A program made the position numbers and the translations under genes. The notes beneath the pieces were generated by a model. That model was not told where the DNA came from. It saw only the letters and a list, made by a program, of their open reading frames with translations, and searched no databases. Of a DNA stretch of 64,000 nucleotides, positions 26,523 through 40,222 are shown one piece after another; position 1 is the first letter of the stretch, and the number at the start of each line of letters is the position of its first letter. The stretch is from Vermamoeba vermiformis (taxonomy: Eukaryota): the NCBI GenBank assembly GCA_045837725.1, contig JBEWZL010000298.1:1-64000 (forward strand), given 5' to 3'.

Positions 26523-26692
26523 ATTGAAATACGACCTATTCTATTCGCTCAAACTGTCAAAATAACTATCAGATGAACCGAATCAAAGATACGTAGCGTG
26601 ACAGCTGTCAAATTAAAATACAAATTTATGTTGACATGCAATAGTTATCTACATTACCTAACTACTAATATACAATGATTATGGAGTATTCC

Positions 26693-29614
26693 TTAAGCCT
26701 TTGCAAAGCCAGCAGGAAGACCAAAGACACTGAAGTCGACAGTGGTGTTGAACTGCCCGTCAATAGACACATCCAGTGGACCAGTGACATCGAGAGAAAC
26801 AGTGCCGCCCAATGCCCCGAGCAGACTGATGTCAAAGCTTAACAACGTAACGGCCAGCTGTTGTGTTGTGAGTACCGATTTGGGTGATATTTTGATTGGA
26901 TTTGCACTCAGGTCCGATATCAATGTACCGAGTGTGTTGCCCTTGAAGTAAATTGTGTTGTCGATCTTGTTGATCCACAGCGTAGTGTTGAATGGATTGT
27001 TGATGGTCAGCTTGGTACCGATTGACAAGTCCAAGTTCAGCAGCAGTTGTGCATAGGTGACCAGTTTAGAGGTCTGACCAGGCAACAAAGTGCTCGTCTG
27101 CAAAGCTTGGAAGGCAGGCAAGAGGAAGGAATAGGCACTCGCATTAGCACTGCCAGTGAGTGCCAGCGATTGATTGACACCTGCCAAGAACTGCGACAAG
27201 AACGAGCGGCCAGGCACTTCACCAGGGTGTTGATAAGCAGCACGACCGCTGAGCTCGGTCCACTCGCCCATTGCAACATTGAACTCGGGGACTATTGTTT
27301 GTCCAATGTACGTGTCGTTGAAGTACAGATCCATCGACACAGCACCGAGCTGGAGATTGACATTGGAAGGGTTGTACACGGCTAGTGTGAGGGCCATGTA
27401 GATACCCGCTGCATAGCCACCAACAATCTCGACTTGTTTGACAATTATCGTGCCTGGTTTAAGTCCGTCAAGACCTGTGAAACAAATTCTTTGTGAGAAT
27501 TGCTCGTTCAAAGGAAACAATAAATATTACCTAGAATAGAAGCAGAATTGACGACCTTAAGACCCGACAGATTGACATTGCCGATGGGCAGTGTGGCGTT
27601 GACATTAGTAGTGCCCTGCATGGTGATCGAGGTCTCGTTGGAGAACACAAACTCATTCACGAACTGCGCAAAGTTGTCAGGCTGCACCGTGGTTGTGGAG
27701 AGCAATTGAATCACGTAGCTGAGATCACTGACTTGTGTCATGACTACACTCACTGCTTGCATTCTAGACGTCACCAGGCCCGTGCTCGTGAGTAGATCCA
27801 CATCCATGCGCACGTCGTTCAAAGTGATTTTTGACGCGTTGCCGAGTGGATTGAGCACTTCAATAAACACGTAACCGTTCAGTGCGAGTTGTGTCTCGCT
27901 CTCCAAGATCATGGTGAGATTATTGATAATTAAATTAGTCACTAGCAGAGTCTCGTTCGCGACTAGTTTCGTGTTCAATTTCATCGCTTGCAACGCTGAT
28001 AAATAAAGGCCAATATTTGTTGCATTTTCTGAGCCGCGCGCCATAACATCCGAGACTTGACCAGTTAAATAGCGGGACATTAATTCGCCTGCCAAAACTA
28101 AGTCCTCCGGTACTAACTGACCGCGCATGGACATGACATTATCTGATATTGGTATGAATAATTAGTACTAGCATTGTGGTCTGTTGTTGATAGTTAATCA
28201 ACAAATCGAAACGAAAAAAAGATTTCGAGCGGCCCGCTCTCTAAATTTAGCATTTTAAGTATTGCAAACTCCGACTAATTAGTACAAAACCTTAAATAAA
28301 TTTAATATGTTGAATTTAGGGGTACCTAGATACTTACCTTGTGTGTACATGCTAACATTGGGAGCTGCGAGATATCCCATGAATGAACCTTTGTACTCCA
28401 TTGCCATCTGCAAATCACCGAGCGGTATCATAGACACTACGGAGGGATTATTAACGCGCACTGACATTATCACAACAATCTCCGTGGGAGTGGATTCGCT
28501 CAGATCGAACACCACGATTGTTACGTCCGGCAAGCTATTGAACGCTATTGATATGAATGTTGTCGTCAATAATATGAAAACTAATATCATAATAAGTTGT
28601 CGCTTATATTAGCCCTGTGCACGTACCACTGATCTCCACATCCTTGTCGAAATTGACATTTTGAAATGTCATTCCAATCGCATCAATAGTCGACGAGCCC
28701 ATTACTCGCCACACTACTGAAGGTGCGCTGATCAATATCTCGCTGAACTCGTTGAACACGTCCGAGCTCTCCACATTGATAGTCGTGTCAATCACCAGAT
28801 CTGTGTCGCCGTTGCTCTGTGCTGTGACGGGAGGCATGACGAATGCGCCTAGTTTCTTATCATTGACATATATCTCGAGCGCGGTCTCTTGAATGTTGGC
28901 CGTAAAAGGACTCGTATTGGTCAGTTTGCCTCGCGCATACATTCTGAAGCTCGAGTCTGTCGGCTGCGTGATGTTGACTTGTGCGAAGTGAATGGCTGCC
29001 TCGTCGACCACTGACTGCACGATGGCTGGAATAATACCGAAGAGCAATATAAGGATGATGATAAACGCAACGAGGATTGATCCGACGATGAGCGCAATCT
29101 TCCATCGAGCTAATTTGGAGCCCTTAGGCTTCTCGCGCCACCATCTCTTCTTGCCGACTGAAGACTTGAAGTTCTTGACCTACAAAGGACGTCGGTAGTC
29201 AATCAGCGTCTCTGAAACAAAGAGTGGATCTGCATCCATAGCTGTACTTCAAAATAAAGGCTGGCACTTAAATGCTGTGCCGTAATGGTGGTAATAGTAA
29301 TATGCTAGTATGGAGAATAAAGGTAATAACAAGGAAGATACGATTGAGAATTTCGAGTGATTATAATTGCCGGCTCGCAGCTAAGAATCTACTAATACGT
29401 GACTAAACATTATAATAACAAATTGAATGCAAAGTACGCCTTTTAGTTGAACAGATCCGAAAGTGAGGGATCAGCGTTCAAGGGCGTGTCATCATTTTAA
29501 TTCTACGTTTAAAAGATTCTCATGTTAAAATCAAGCTAACAATCGCTAGCTTATACTTACTGATTGGGATAGACTGAAGCTGGTCGCACTTTTCAAAGGC
29601 ACTTCGTCGCCCAT
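26693..29614 (-). CDS. Type II membrane protein with tandem DUF3712/LEA-2-like domains (Tag1-like)
   Basis: Basic stretch + single TM, then repeated NPS(V/N)V...LG and NPFNT motifs typical of DUF3712 repeats; first exon MGDEVPLKSATSFSLSQS is inferred. Confidence 0.8.
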
Positions 29615-30181
29615 CTGGAGACGTGTTACTGCTAATCCTGAATAATAAAATAATAAGACACTGCCAAAAATTGAAGATTTATGTCTACTTACGAAATAAG
29701 CAACTCCAAGCGAAATCTATTCGGGCCAATAATAACTGTGTGAGCGGGAACAATTGATTTTACGTTGGAGACATTTTTAGGCGTATCAAATAGCCTCGGA
29801 ACACGAAATTAAGCAGGCATAATTACATCGCTAATTGAATTGAAATTATATCGTAATGAGATCGTTTCTGGCTCACAGATGTGATCTTGTCTGGGCTGTG
29901 CCTAAACTGCAAACTTGTTATAGTATTAACTCTTTAGTGTAACAATTAGATATCATGACTTTCGTCACAATTGGTTGTTATGTGTTACAGAAACAAAATT
30001 GTTCTGAGACATCAGTTGGTTTACTTTAGTTTCTGCCCAAGGCAGCTATGATACAATCAAAAAGTGGCTAAGTATTAATTACAAGTGACGAATAAGCGTC
30101 TTCGAATCAAAACTATACAAACAATTTGGACCACGATCGCGGGACTCAAAAAAGCAGTATCTGATCTGCCCATGTGAGCAC

Positions 30182-33100
30182 TTAACCATCGTCAGCAGTC
30201 GCTAGGGCTGTGTTCAACAAGATGTTCTCGCGTTGACTGTTGCTGCTGCCGTGATCAATCGTAGACTTGCGGCTCTTCGAAGGACTCTTGGGCTTGAAGT
30301 CAGATCCAGTGCTCTTCCTCTTCGACTCGTCGCGGTCAGCGTCCTTGAGTGGCAGTGGTGTGATCGTGAAGCTGTTCGATGAGGGCACGCTGTTGCTGTT
30401 CACTTCACGACGTCGCGCGTCAGGACTCGACGCACTGCGCTTGTCTTTGATGTGATCCCCTGAAGGTATTTTGTCACGGCTCTCACGGCGCTCTTTGACA
30501 CGTGTCATCTCTTCATCGTTCAGACTCGCGTCAATTTTGCTGCTGCTGTTCTTGAGTGTTCGCTTCGGGGCCACTTCGCTCATAATCAGACTGCCGCGCA
30601 TGCTGCTTCGTTTCTTCTCGTCAGCCATGGCATTGACAGCCACTGTAATCATCTCGCGCAGCATGTCCACGCGAGCATCGGACAATTTCTTCTTGAAAAT
30701 CGGAATCTCACCCATGATACCGATCTCAGAGTTGATCACTATGAAGGAGCAGTTAGTTACTTGATATTACAATCTTACGAATAGAAGCTAACGTACTCTT
30801 GCTGAACAAGAAGTTTCTGAACTCCTGAGTCTCAGAGAAGATAGGATTCAGCAGCGTCGGCGGGGCAAGGGGCACATTGGGCTTTGTGGCAATGCTCAGT
30901 CGATATTGCACGCGGCCGTCTTTGTCTTTTGTGGACTCTTTTTGTACAATAAGGAAGAAATCTAAAGAACGCGATTAGTACAAACAACATTGAATGCCAC
31001 CGAGCACTACTCACGATTGAACTGTGACTTGATCGCTGTCGGATCGAACTGCGTGTTGCCCTCTTTGTACACGAGCACCACGACGTCGTTGCCAACGTGT
31101 TTCTTGCGCTCCAACTGCTGTGCCTCTTCAGAGTCGAATGGCAGCAGTGTTGCGACGTGGAACAACAGCTCTTTGCCGTAATAAGACGTGTACACGGCCT
31201 TGGTCTTCTCGCTGTTGATGCCGCCGTTGTACTTGTCCCAGCCGTCGAGTGAAATGGTCTCGCCCAAGAACCGCAAGAAGTGTTTGTACTCCTTGCTGAC
31301 ACTTTGGTTGGAATACATGTCGTTCTCAGTCGTTTGTCCGTCCTTCATGTACAGCACACCAAACTTGTACTTGGTGACGTGAAATCTGTTCTCAAAGTCA
31401 ATAATCTTGTCGCTGATCATGCTCGGTGAGTCCACGTGACGCAGCAGTGAGATGGGCACGTCACAGCCGAAGATCTGACGCGTGAGATATTTGAGCATTT
31501 CTTTGTCCGAGTGACCGACCAAATGTGGCACAATGCGCTTGGTAATGCCCTAATTAAGTAATGGTCTGTTAGCAGTGGTTCATGAATCATATCACGTGAT
31601 CGATCGTACGTTGCGATGCAGCACAAGAGCATATCGGTCACGCGCAGGGTCGTGGGGTGTGGCAGCAATGACAAATGGTCCGACATCGAGTTTGGCACCA
31701 GTGCCCGCAGCATCAGGGTCCTCTTCGCCGCGACAGAACCACACGTCGTGCTCCGTTTTGAGGAAGAAATTTCTGTAGAAAGTGACGTCGTTCAAGAAGA
31801 GTGGCTCGCTGAGATCAATGTTGCTGTTGTCCTTCGCTGCAATGTCGCCGCACTCGTACACGTAGTTCTTGCTCTGCGGCGCTAGCAGTGGTGGCAGATT
31901 GCCAGTCGTGTTCGCTGTCGGATTGGCGGGCTGTTGACCACACCACAGTTTGACATCTGACAGCGCACACCACGTGTCGTGCGGGAATACTTGACAATAG
32001 GTACGCAAACTATCGCTGACTCTGTAGGGCGGTTAGGCTAATATAAACTGAGGAAAGGCTGACAAGGTACGTACAGATCCAAATCAGGTAAGTTGCCAGC
32101 GAATTCCTCTGCGTGTTGGAAGATGATTTCTCGCTTGTTTGTCAGGACAAACAGACCGCCCAATTGCCTAATTTGGAAGTCAGCACGATGAGCCAGATAC
32201 ACAGCGTCAAAAAGTGTCACTTACAAAGGATCACCCGAGTCTTGAGAGTGAAGAGGACTAGGAGCAAAGCCTGAATGTCGTGGGTCAATATCATCGCGCT
32301 CTAAGGTCAGACCCGTCCCCGTCAGTCATGCGGTGAATCGTGTCACACACTTACCTTCACCAATCGCGTTCTTCGTCTCCGTCAGTGCCTTCAGTGACAC
32401 GTGATATTTGACTCCTCGTTTGCAGTTCAGTGCGCGGTACAATTGACGTTGTTGGTCCAAAAAGATTTTTCCTAATTAGGAAACCGTCAGCATAACGCCG
32501 AGACTAAGAAACAAAGTCGCATCCGTACCTGGAAAGTCGAATTCTTTTTTAAACAGCTTGGCGTGCGTGGCATTTCCATTGCCTATTGCTACTATACTAA
32601 CACCCCTATATTATTCGACGGTCATTAATAATCCATACTTGCACTAATGAACCAGATCGTGAGCTTACATTTCTTCAAAAAATGCTCTGCGCTCCAGACA
32701 GTGCTTAGTTAACCGCCTACATAGCATGCAACCAAATTGTCTTAACATAATAAGCAGCGTTACTTTGCCGACAACACGATGTAACGGAACTTTGTTGCCG
32801 CGTAGATCTTCGACTTGGATGTCAAACAGATCTAATGCAATTCGTCAAATACTGCTATGACTATTAGCGTAAGTATCATACCTGCTTGTTTGTCATCGTC
32901 CTCAGATGAAGCCATCATCTCATCTTTTTCGACAATTGGAGCAAGATCTAACCGATCTCGGAGTTAATTCCAAATACTTTTGTATACATAATTGACCAAT
33001 CAACTACGTACCCTGAATGCAGTTGTGACATTCTTGATCTTTCTCCCACTCGTGGAGTAACTGCGAGGCTGTTTGAGCGAAATCACGAACTTTGTTCATC

Positions 33101-34036
33101 GCCGCGATCCATTCGTTTCGCTCTTCAGTTGTCGAGGCTTGCAGCGAATACCTATAAATAGCATTAATATAATGTCGCTTTCCCACGATGTCCAGTATTG
33201 GCACGAGATCCTCTGCCAAAAGAACGTAATTTGTGTTCACCGTTCGAGATAGTGCCGAGATACAATAGAATGCCTCTCCGTCAAGATTAAAATCGTAAAG
33301 CATCATCGAGTCGGTGATAATTAAATATGATTGATAGTAGTACTGGCTGATTTGGCCACAAAAAGTCAACTTTTCTGAGTGACAGATCGACGCTTACACT
33401 TTGCCCGCTTTAGTTTTGACATTGAATTTGCAAGTGTTCTTTTCATCTTTCTCCATCTTAGCGCCTTCTAATGAAATAGTGCCTAGCTGCTTGCATTTTA
33501 AATTCCCAAGTGACTTTTCATCCTGAAAATGAACACTCCGTTAATTTGGATGCAATCAATTGATACACAAATTACAATCAAATGCAGATTATATATAGAC
33601 AAATATCTGATTTCTGGATAATATAAGAAAACCATGGGCAGTTGGAAGAAAATTGAATTTTTAAAATTTTTATTTGAGCCCAATAACGTTTACTTCTTTT
33701 ATCAAATTGTGTATATCATAGATTGCGTAGTCTTACCGAATAATATGTCATATATTCATTCAATTCATCTAATTCAAACCAGCATTCTTTGTATTTTTGA
33801 ATTAATTTGTTGCCCTTTTTCAAACTGAGCCATCCCTCGCGTTTGACAACACTATGGCTTCGTTGTCTATTCACTGTCTGCTGTTGTTGTTGTCTCCATA
33901 GCCGCTCAGCACTATTCTGTATCATAAAAAACGCATATTAATTAACGATCTACAACTAAAATTTCGTGAGTCAAATCCATACCCGCTTGGGCGAGAGATT
34001 GTCAGACGTAATACTGTTATTATTGTTGTTGTCCAT
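30182..34036 (-). CDS. PH + AhpC/TSA-like (PRXL2) + Rap/Ran-GAP protein
   Basis: PH (KREGWLSLKK...YSLQASTTEERNEWIAAM); thioredoxin-fold LIMLRQFGCMLCR...IFLDQQRQLYRAL...QLGGLFVL; RapGAP YKFGVLY, FHVATLLP, RKKHVGND. Confidence 0.85.
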
Positions 34037-34496
34037 CCATAACCGTTCTATCAATCACACCGAGTGTAATGTGTGGTCTTGTATTACTATTTTTTGCGTT
34101 TGATTATTTTTCCTGCCAGTCACAATTTTGACACGCCGATCATTTCCGTTGACATTTTCATCGACAAGCACATATTGATCCGCATCAACATCACTCCACT
34201 AGGGTCCTACATTCGTATTAGGGGAGTGCTTTTGATCGGAAAACGAGTTGTCGGAAAATCGCGGTTATGGTAGCAGATTTGCTACAAAATACGTAATTCG
34301 TAACATAAAATATAGAATGATCGATATTAGTATATGATAGTAATAATGATCGATTGTTCGTCGATCTAATTATTTTTATTAAACATAAATTATTCCTTCA
34401 ATTCAAAAATCACATATTTGAATCCAAAAATTTTTGACATCATCAAGATTTAGAACATATTGTTATATATCACATGCGCTATGACCATTGATCTTC

Positions 34497-36624
34497 TTAT
34501 TTGCGACCTTTGTCGTACTCAATGTGAATACCACCTCGTGAATCCATTCGATAGCCCTAAAATAGGTTTAGTACGCTATAAATATCGATTTAAAGATAAA
34601 TTATCCCAATCCCGGATTAGGCAATACTAATACTCCGTATACCGTTATTGTTGCATCATATACTCGCTAGACTTACCTGCAACAAAGATCGGGCCACGTA
34701 CGCGCTGTCCGGATCTCGGAAGTCGACGAAACAAAACGAGTTCTTGCCCTCTTTGTGGATCATACGCACTTGAACAAAGTTGGGGATGAATCGGAACAAG
34801 TTGGTCAGCTCCTATAATCAACAAGAGAGTTAATTTTTGTGCACGAAATCACCACATCCGGGATGAGACGCACGCGTTCGGTGGCATCAGGAGGCAAGTT
34901 ATTAACATAGAGTGTCGACGAGGCCTGGTAGTTAGGTACGCTGTATAACGCTACAATTAGTACTCGTGTTAGTCCCTACTGCTCGGATGCGACTCACCGC
35001 TCAACATTGTACGACGTGATGCCCATGTCTTGAAAGAACGGCAGAACAGTGCGCTGAACAGAGCGCTGTTAGACACCTGTCACGTGCGAGCAGTGCTGAA
35101 CTCACCTCCCAGTGCACGGGGTCAATGAAGCGAGGTCGTTCTCGCTCTTCGTAGTAGCCATTCGAGGGTCGATCACGTGACTGGTACTCGCGATCACGTG
35201 CTCCATTGCGCTCTGGACTGCGGTCTCGATCTGAGCGGGGTCTGTCGTGACTTTGCGAGTGTTCGCGTGGCACGTGCTCGCGTGGCATGTACTCGCGAGG
35301 TCTGTCTCTGCGGTGGTTGTAGTCGCCGTTGTGGTCCTCGCCGCGACTTCTGCGCTGGTCTTCACGATCACGGGAGGGACTGTGGTCATCGCGCGGTGCT
35401 CTGTCGTAGTGATCTCGCTCGTCATCTGGTCTAAAAATAGACAGAGTTGATTCACTGAACGAGGTGACTAACAAAGATTTGATTTCAATTTTAAATGGCT
35501 AATCACTGCTAAGTATTGATATTCGATTGACTTATTGTCTAATTATAGCATTGGAATTGCTCCATATTAATATTGCATCAAAATTACTCCGATCTGATCT
35601 GACGGATTTGACTTTCAAAAAAAAAGTGTCTGATCTATCATTTAGAACGCGGTAAATATAACTCGTTAATTGAACTATAAATAGCGATATTGACCATTAC
35701 TGCCAGGTTAAATTAGGCAAATAACTCGCTAAATTAATCGAGTGACACGTGTCATTTTGATATACCTCTCTTTCTGCCTGTCATTTCGCTCCTCTTTTTT
35801 CTCGTCTTCGCGGTGACGTTCTCGAGATCTGTCACGTGATCTGTCGCGAGGTGACCGGTCACCACGTGGTGCAGCAGGGTCGTGTTCGCTGCGTCGATAT
35901 TTGCTGGGTCTGTAATAGTCCTCGTAACGCTCGTAGACCTGATCGGGATAGTGGCCCTGGCCTCGGTCCCAATGCGGGTCTCTGTCTCTAACGTACAGCG
36001 CTGTTAATAGGGCTCTCTTAATAGCTTGATGCACAATATTCACCTGTCCATAGAGTCACCTGCTTTGCGCTTGCGTGAAGGAGCTCTCGTTGGATCAAAT
36101 CCGTTGTCCTGCAACGAATAATTCGGTTGATGAGTGTGATGAATACTAAGACTAGGCGCGGCATATGAATCTACCTTGTCATAGTAAATACGACAAATAG
36201 GGCCATTTTTGGTGATTGGTTCCTCTCTCATGACGTGCAAGAAGTGCGACGCTTCTTCAATGGATCTGAACTCTACAAATGCTCTGTTTGGAAACTGTAT
36301 TGTGATGCTGTCATTAATAGGTCTCCATAAAGAGATTATAGACATCGTCTCCACAATTTTACTGTTTGACGGAAGAAAAGTCCCATCTGTCATTATTTGA
36401 AATTATTGTTTAAAAAAATCAGAATTAAATCCTAAAATACTCCAATCATGCTCTCCACTAATATAGTCATCCAAAGTGTCTTATATAGTCAATACCCGTC
36501 TTAAAGCAACAAATCCACGGAATTTGCTAAACTTCCTCTCCATCTCTTCTGTCGACAAGTCCTCTGGCGGCTCTTTAACAAATACAACCCTCGAGGGCAC
36601 ATTCAACATCTTGGACTCGCTCAT
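34497..36624 (-). CDS. Two-RRM RNA-binding protein with Arg/Asp-rich linker (RBPMS/U1A-like C-terminal RRM)
   Basis: N-terminal RRM (SRVVFVKE...AFVEFRSIEEA), RD/RS repeats, C-terminal RRM STLYVNNLPPDATERE...FCFVDF. Confidence 0.8.
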
Positions 36625-36868
36625 TGTGCTGTCGTTTGTTTGGTGCTTCGAGCGAGAATCTAAAGGACAGAAATAACCCCAAAAGATCGTGACTTTATGT
36701 CTCACAGCCCGTCTCCCAGTGACGTATTTGACTTTAAATAGCGCCATATATGCTCCATAACAATAGCCATTGACATATTATATAATCGATCCTCTTGTCG
36801 CGAACTATTTTACATTTATTTGCATATTAATTTCGGATTTGTTTTTCTGTTTTTGAACTAGAATCTGA

Positions 36869-37384
36869 TCATACACCATCGTCTAGAATAATAATATGAG
36901 TAAAATGTGTTATGATAATTAAATAGACACTAAATGGAAACATACCTAATAATCTCAAAAGCCACCAAAGGAGATATTCACCAGCGAGCGCTGCAAGCAG
37001 ATTTGATAAGCCCATTGAATTTATTCTACAAATTAAATTATTACATGTCTATGATACATATTATATGCCATTCCTGACTTACCGTTTGTTTAAATCTTCG
37101 AGTAAATTAGCAGATTCTATCCTATAATTATCATTTCGACTTTTGCTGTTGTTACTATTACTACGCATAAATTGACTATCAATATCGATTTGTTGCGTAT
37201 TAATGTTAATTCTATGCTTGTTTAATGACTCTGGAAACGCAGTGAAAGACTTTTGCTGGGTGGTTTCTGATCTGCTTGCTACATCTGTCTTTCGTGTGCT
37301 AAACAAAGCCTTTGTACATTTTTTCGATACTCTGGATGTAATTATTGAGCTTATTTGCCTAGTAACAAGCACTCGTTGCCACAT
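36869..37384 (-). CDS. Small putative mitochondrial protein
   Basis: Presequence-like MWQRVLVTRQISSIITSR; 3 exons splice in frame to ...EYLLWWLLRLLDDGV*. Confidence 0.5.
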
Positions 37385-37513
37385 CTTGACAAAACAGAAG
37401 AAAATAAATGCGCCGCGCAAAAACAAATCTTTTTGTTTGAATTTAAATTAATCCAAAACACCACTGTTTATTGTAAATAATATTAGCATCATTTATATAT
37501 TACTCTAGTCCCA

Positions 37514-39325
37514 ATGCAAGCCAACGTGGTCATTAGCAATGTCGATCGCTTGTTCGCATCTGGCCAATTTGAGCAGGCCCTTGAAGTCTTGGAGTAAGAA
37601 TTGACACATAAATTAATATAATATTCTAGACATTTTAATAAGGAGTAATTGTCATATCTCACCAGATCAAATAACAAAGCTGATCTTCCTTTGCGTGAAA
37701 AGGTTCAATTATTGCTTTACATGGCCAAGTGTCATCAACAACTCAAGAATTTTAGTCGAGTAAGCATTTAAATATTATCCTACCTTATAAGAGATTGGCA
37801 GCTCATAGGAATGTACAGGTGAATAAACTTGCTACATCCGCTATCGACTTGTACACGACCACTACACTGACTAATGCCAACGAGAATATTGTACTCGCCA
37901 AAGAGGATAACGAGCTGCTAGCGCTACTATATTCAATACGCTCAGTAGCCCAAGAAGAGAATGAAAAGATCAGAGATGCAGTGGCTGACTTGGAACGCGC
38001 TATGAGTCTTAGCGAGACAATGAGGCACGGGTATGAATCATAGTAATGCATATATATCGTCATTGTCCTCTGACGCGTATGTTCCTCAGATCCGCGTACA
38101 GGCAGCGTCTGACTCGCCTCAAAACACTGCTGCAGCGCATTGCCAATGAAGATCGCAGCGGTGAGTTCACCGACTACTATCGTACCATATATAGACTGCA
38201 CATATTACGCAACCTGCCGAGTACTGCAGCACTCAACACGCCTTACCGCGTTGACTTTCGTTTGACAAACGAGTTTGGTCTGTTCAAGTACGAGGAGATT
38301 TCGCAGCACGTGGGTTCATTGCCGATGCACATGACAGTGCTCGACAAGCACGGCCGCGTGTTGAATGGATCGACATTAGAAGTGCGCGTGGTGGGTGAAG
38401 ACAAGTACGTGAAACAGTCTAGTGAGGCATGCACTCGAACTGACCAATCACAATTAGAGCTGAGATCACTGCACGAGGGCGAGCGAGCTTTATGATTGCA
38501 TTGAGTGCTGGGCCAGAGATCAACACTAGCGACTCTATTCACATCGCATTCTCTGTGCACGGTGCGCTGAAGGACTACGTGATCCCCGTGCTGACTGCAC
38601 CGATCTGTGTCGCCAGTCACGTGACTGACAGCAGCGAGGAAGTCGTGCCTGACCCCTACGAGTACAGACTGTTCCCAGTGCAGGGCAAGCACGTGATCCT
38701 CAAAGAACAGATCTGCGAGATTGCAGGCAAAGTGTGGGACTGTGCGCTCTTGTTGATCAGATTCTTCGAGCGCGAGCAGATCTCGTTCACTGGCAAGCGA
38801 GTGGTGGACATTGGTTCAGGCACTGGCATCAGTAAGTTGTAACTCTCACCAGCTCCTACACAATACTCATATACTAGTGTATTAACCGTCATCACTACAG
38901 TGGGTCTAGCATGCCGCCAACTTGGTGCTGAACACGTCATGCTCACTGATCTGGACAAGGCACAAGAACTGTTGCGCGCTAATATTGCACTCAATCAAGG
39001 TCCTGGTGAGAGTGAGCACGTGACTACTCATTGCCTATTTTGGGGTGATCAAGCGCAAGCTCAAGCTCTCAATCCCCCTGTAGATCTGGTAGTCGCGACT
39101 GATGTGATCTACGAATACAAGTTCTTAGATCCGCTGATACAAACACTCACCCACCTCTCCGGTCCCAATACAGTCATATATCTCGCGTATCGATCACGAG
39201 GCCTCACATCCGAGCAAGAACAAGAAGCCTTCACGAAATTGAAGAGCACGTTCAAAGTACAGCAGACGCAATACGTTGAAAAGGATTTCTTAAACATATC
39301 CATATGGGTCTTGACAGCTAAGTAA
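37514..39325 (+). CDS. TPR-like N-terminus + METTL21/family 16 protein lysine methyltransferase
   Basis: GKVWDCA, VVDIGSGTG, MLTD, DLVVATDVIY motifs; helical TPR-like N-terminal exons. Confidence 0.85.
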
Positions 39326-39562
39326 ACATTAGTTTTAGGATTAAATAATGTGAATCTTGACATTAATCTCAGTTTATCCGTTGCCGATAATAATTTTTGA
39401 TTCAATTTCGTTTAAAATTTTAAAATCCACGACACCATTTGTTATTCGTATCAATATAATTGCAAGAACCATGTTTTCTAGAAATACACTTTATTATTTT
39501 TTCGCTTTTTCAATTTTACATTCAGTTATTTACATCCGAAGTCCTTGAACCGTTTTACGCTC

Positions 39563-40222
39563 TTAAGGGCGAACGCATTGAGAAGGTTGGCAAGGAGAGT
39601 CAGGGCAGGTGTGAGTAACACGACGAGCGCAACCAGAGCGGCCCGGAATGTAAGTGGGCCAGGGCAAGAGAGGATCAGCACCCTCGTCGTAGTTCAAAAC
39701 ACCTTGTTGTTGCAAGAAGCGAACAGAGTCGGACAACCATTCAGTGAACTCGGTGAATTGAGTACCATCGAAGTTGGTCTTGCCGAACCAGATATCGTTG
39801 ACGACAGACTTGACGCCAGCTTGAGTAGTTTGTCTGAATTGGACCTTGACGGCACCGTTGCGGGTAGCAGCGTCAATAGCAAAGCCGTCAGCTTCAATGA
39901 AGACGGAGACGTTGTTGGGGCGAGCAGTGGGCACGCAGAAGCCGTCAATGTCAGCCAAAGCAGCAGTGAGGCCGTTGTAGCGAACGAAGAGGTAAGAGAA
40001 GAGCACATCCTCGTCGAAGACTTCAATCATCTTGTTTCTGTTGCAAGTAGTGTATGATTCAGCAAAGGAGAAGAAAGCACGTTGAACGCGACCACGATAG
40101 CCGACGAAGAGAGGGCCGTTGTAGAAGACGTTCTGTGGCAAGTCGTATTGCTGAGCTGAGAAACCTTGAGCGGCGATAAAGCCGACAAAGCCAAGAAGAG
40201 CGATCAAGACAAGCTTGTTCAT
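39563..40222 (-). CDS. Intronless secreted protein, NTF2/SnoaL-like core with Cys-rich tail
   Basis: Signal peptide; strong C/T-ending codon bias; MIEVFDEDVLF...YNG pattern resembles SnoaL; tail GCARRVTHTCPDSPCQPSQC. Confidence 0.7.
   Translation of the reverse strand: MNKLVLIALLGFVGFIAAQGFSAQQYDLPQNVFYNGPLFVGYRGRVQRAFFSFAESYTTCNRNKMIEVFDEDVLFSYLFVRYNGLTAALADIDGFCVPTARPNNVSVFIEADGFAIDAATRNGAVKVQFRQTTQAGVKSVVNDIWFGKTNFDGTQFTEFTEWLSDSVRFLQQQGVLNYDEGADPLLPWPTYIPGRSGCARRVTHTCPDSPCQPSQCVRP

Noticed and set aside
33004-33369. Apparent second PH domain
   Set aside because: The first part of the ORF is intron read-through; the remainder completes the single PH domain.
39545-40057. Antisense 170-aa ORF
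   Set aside because: Non-ATG start; mirror frame of the secreted gene caused by codon bias.
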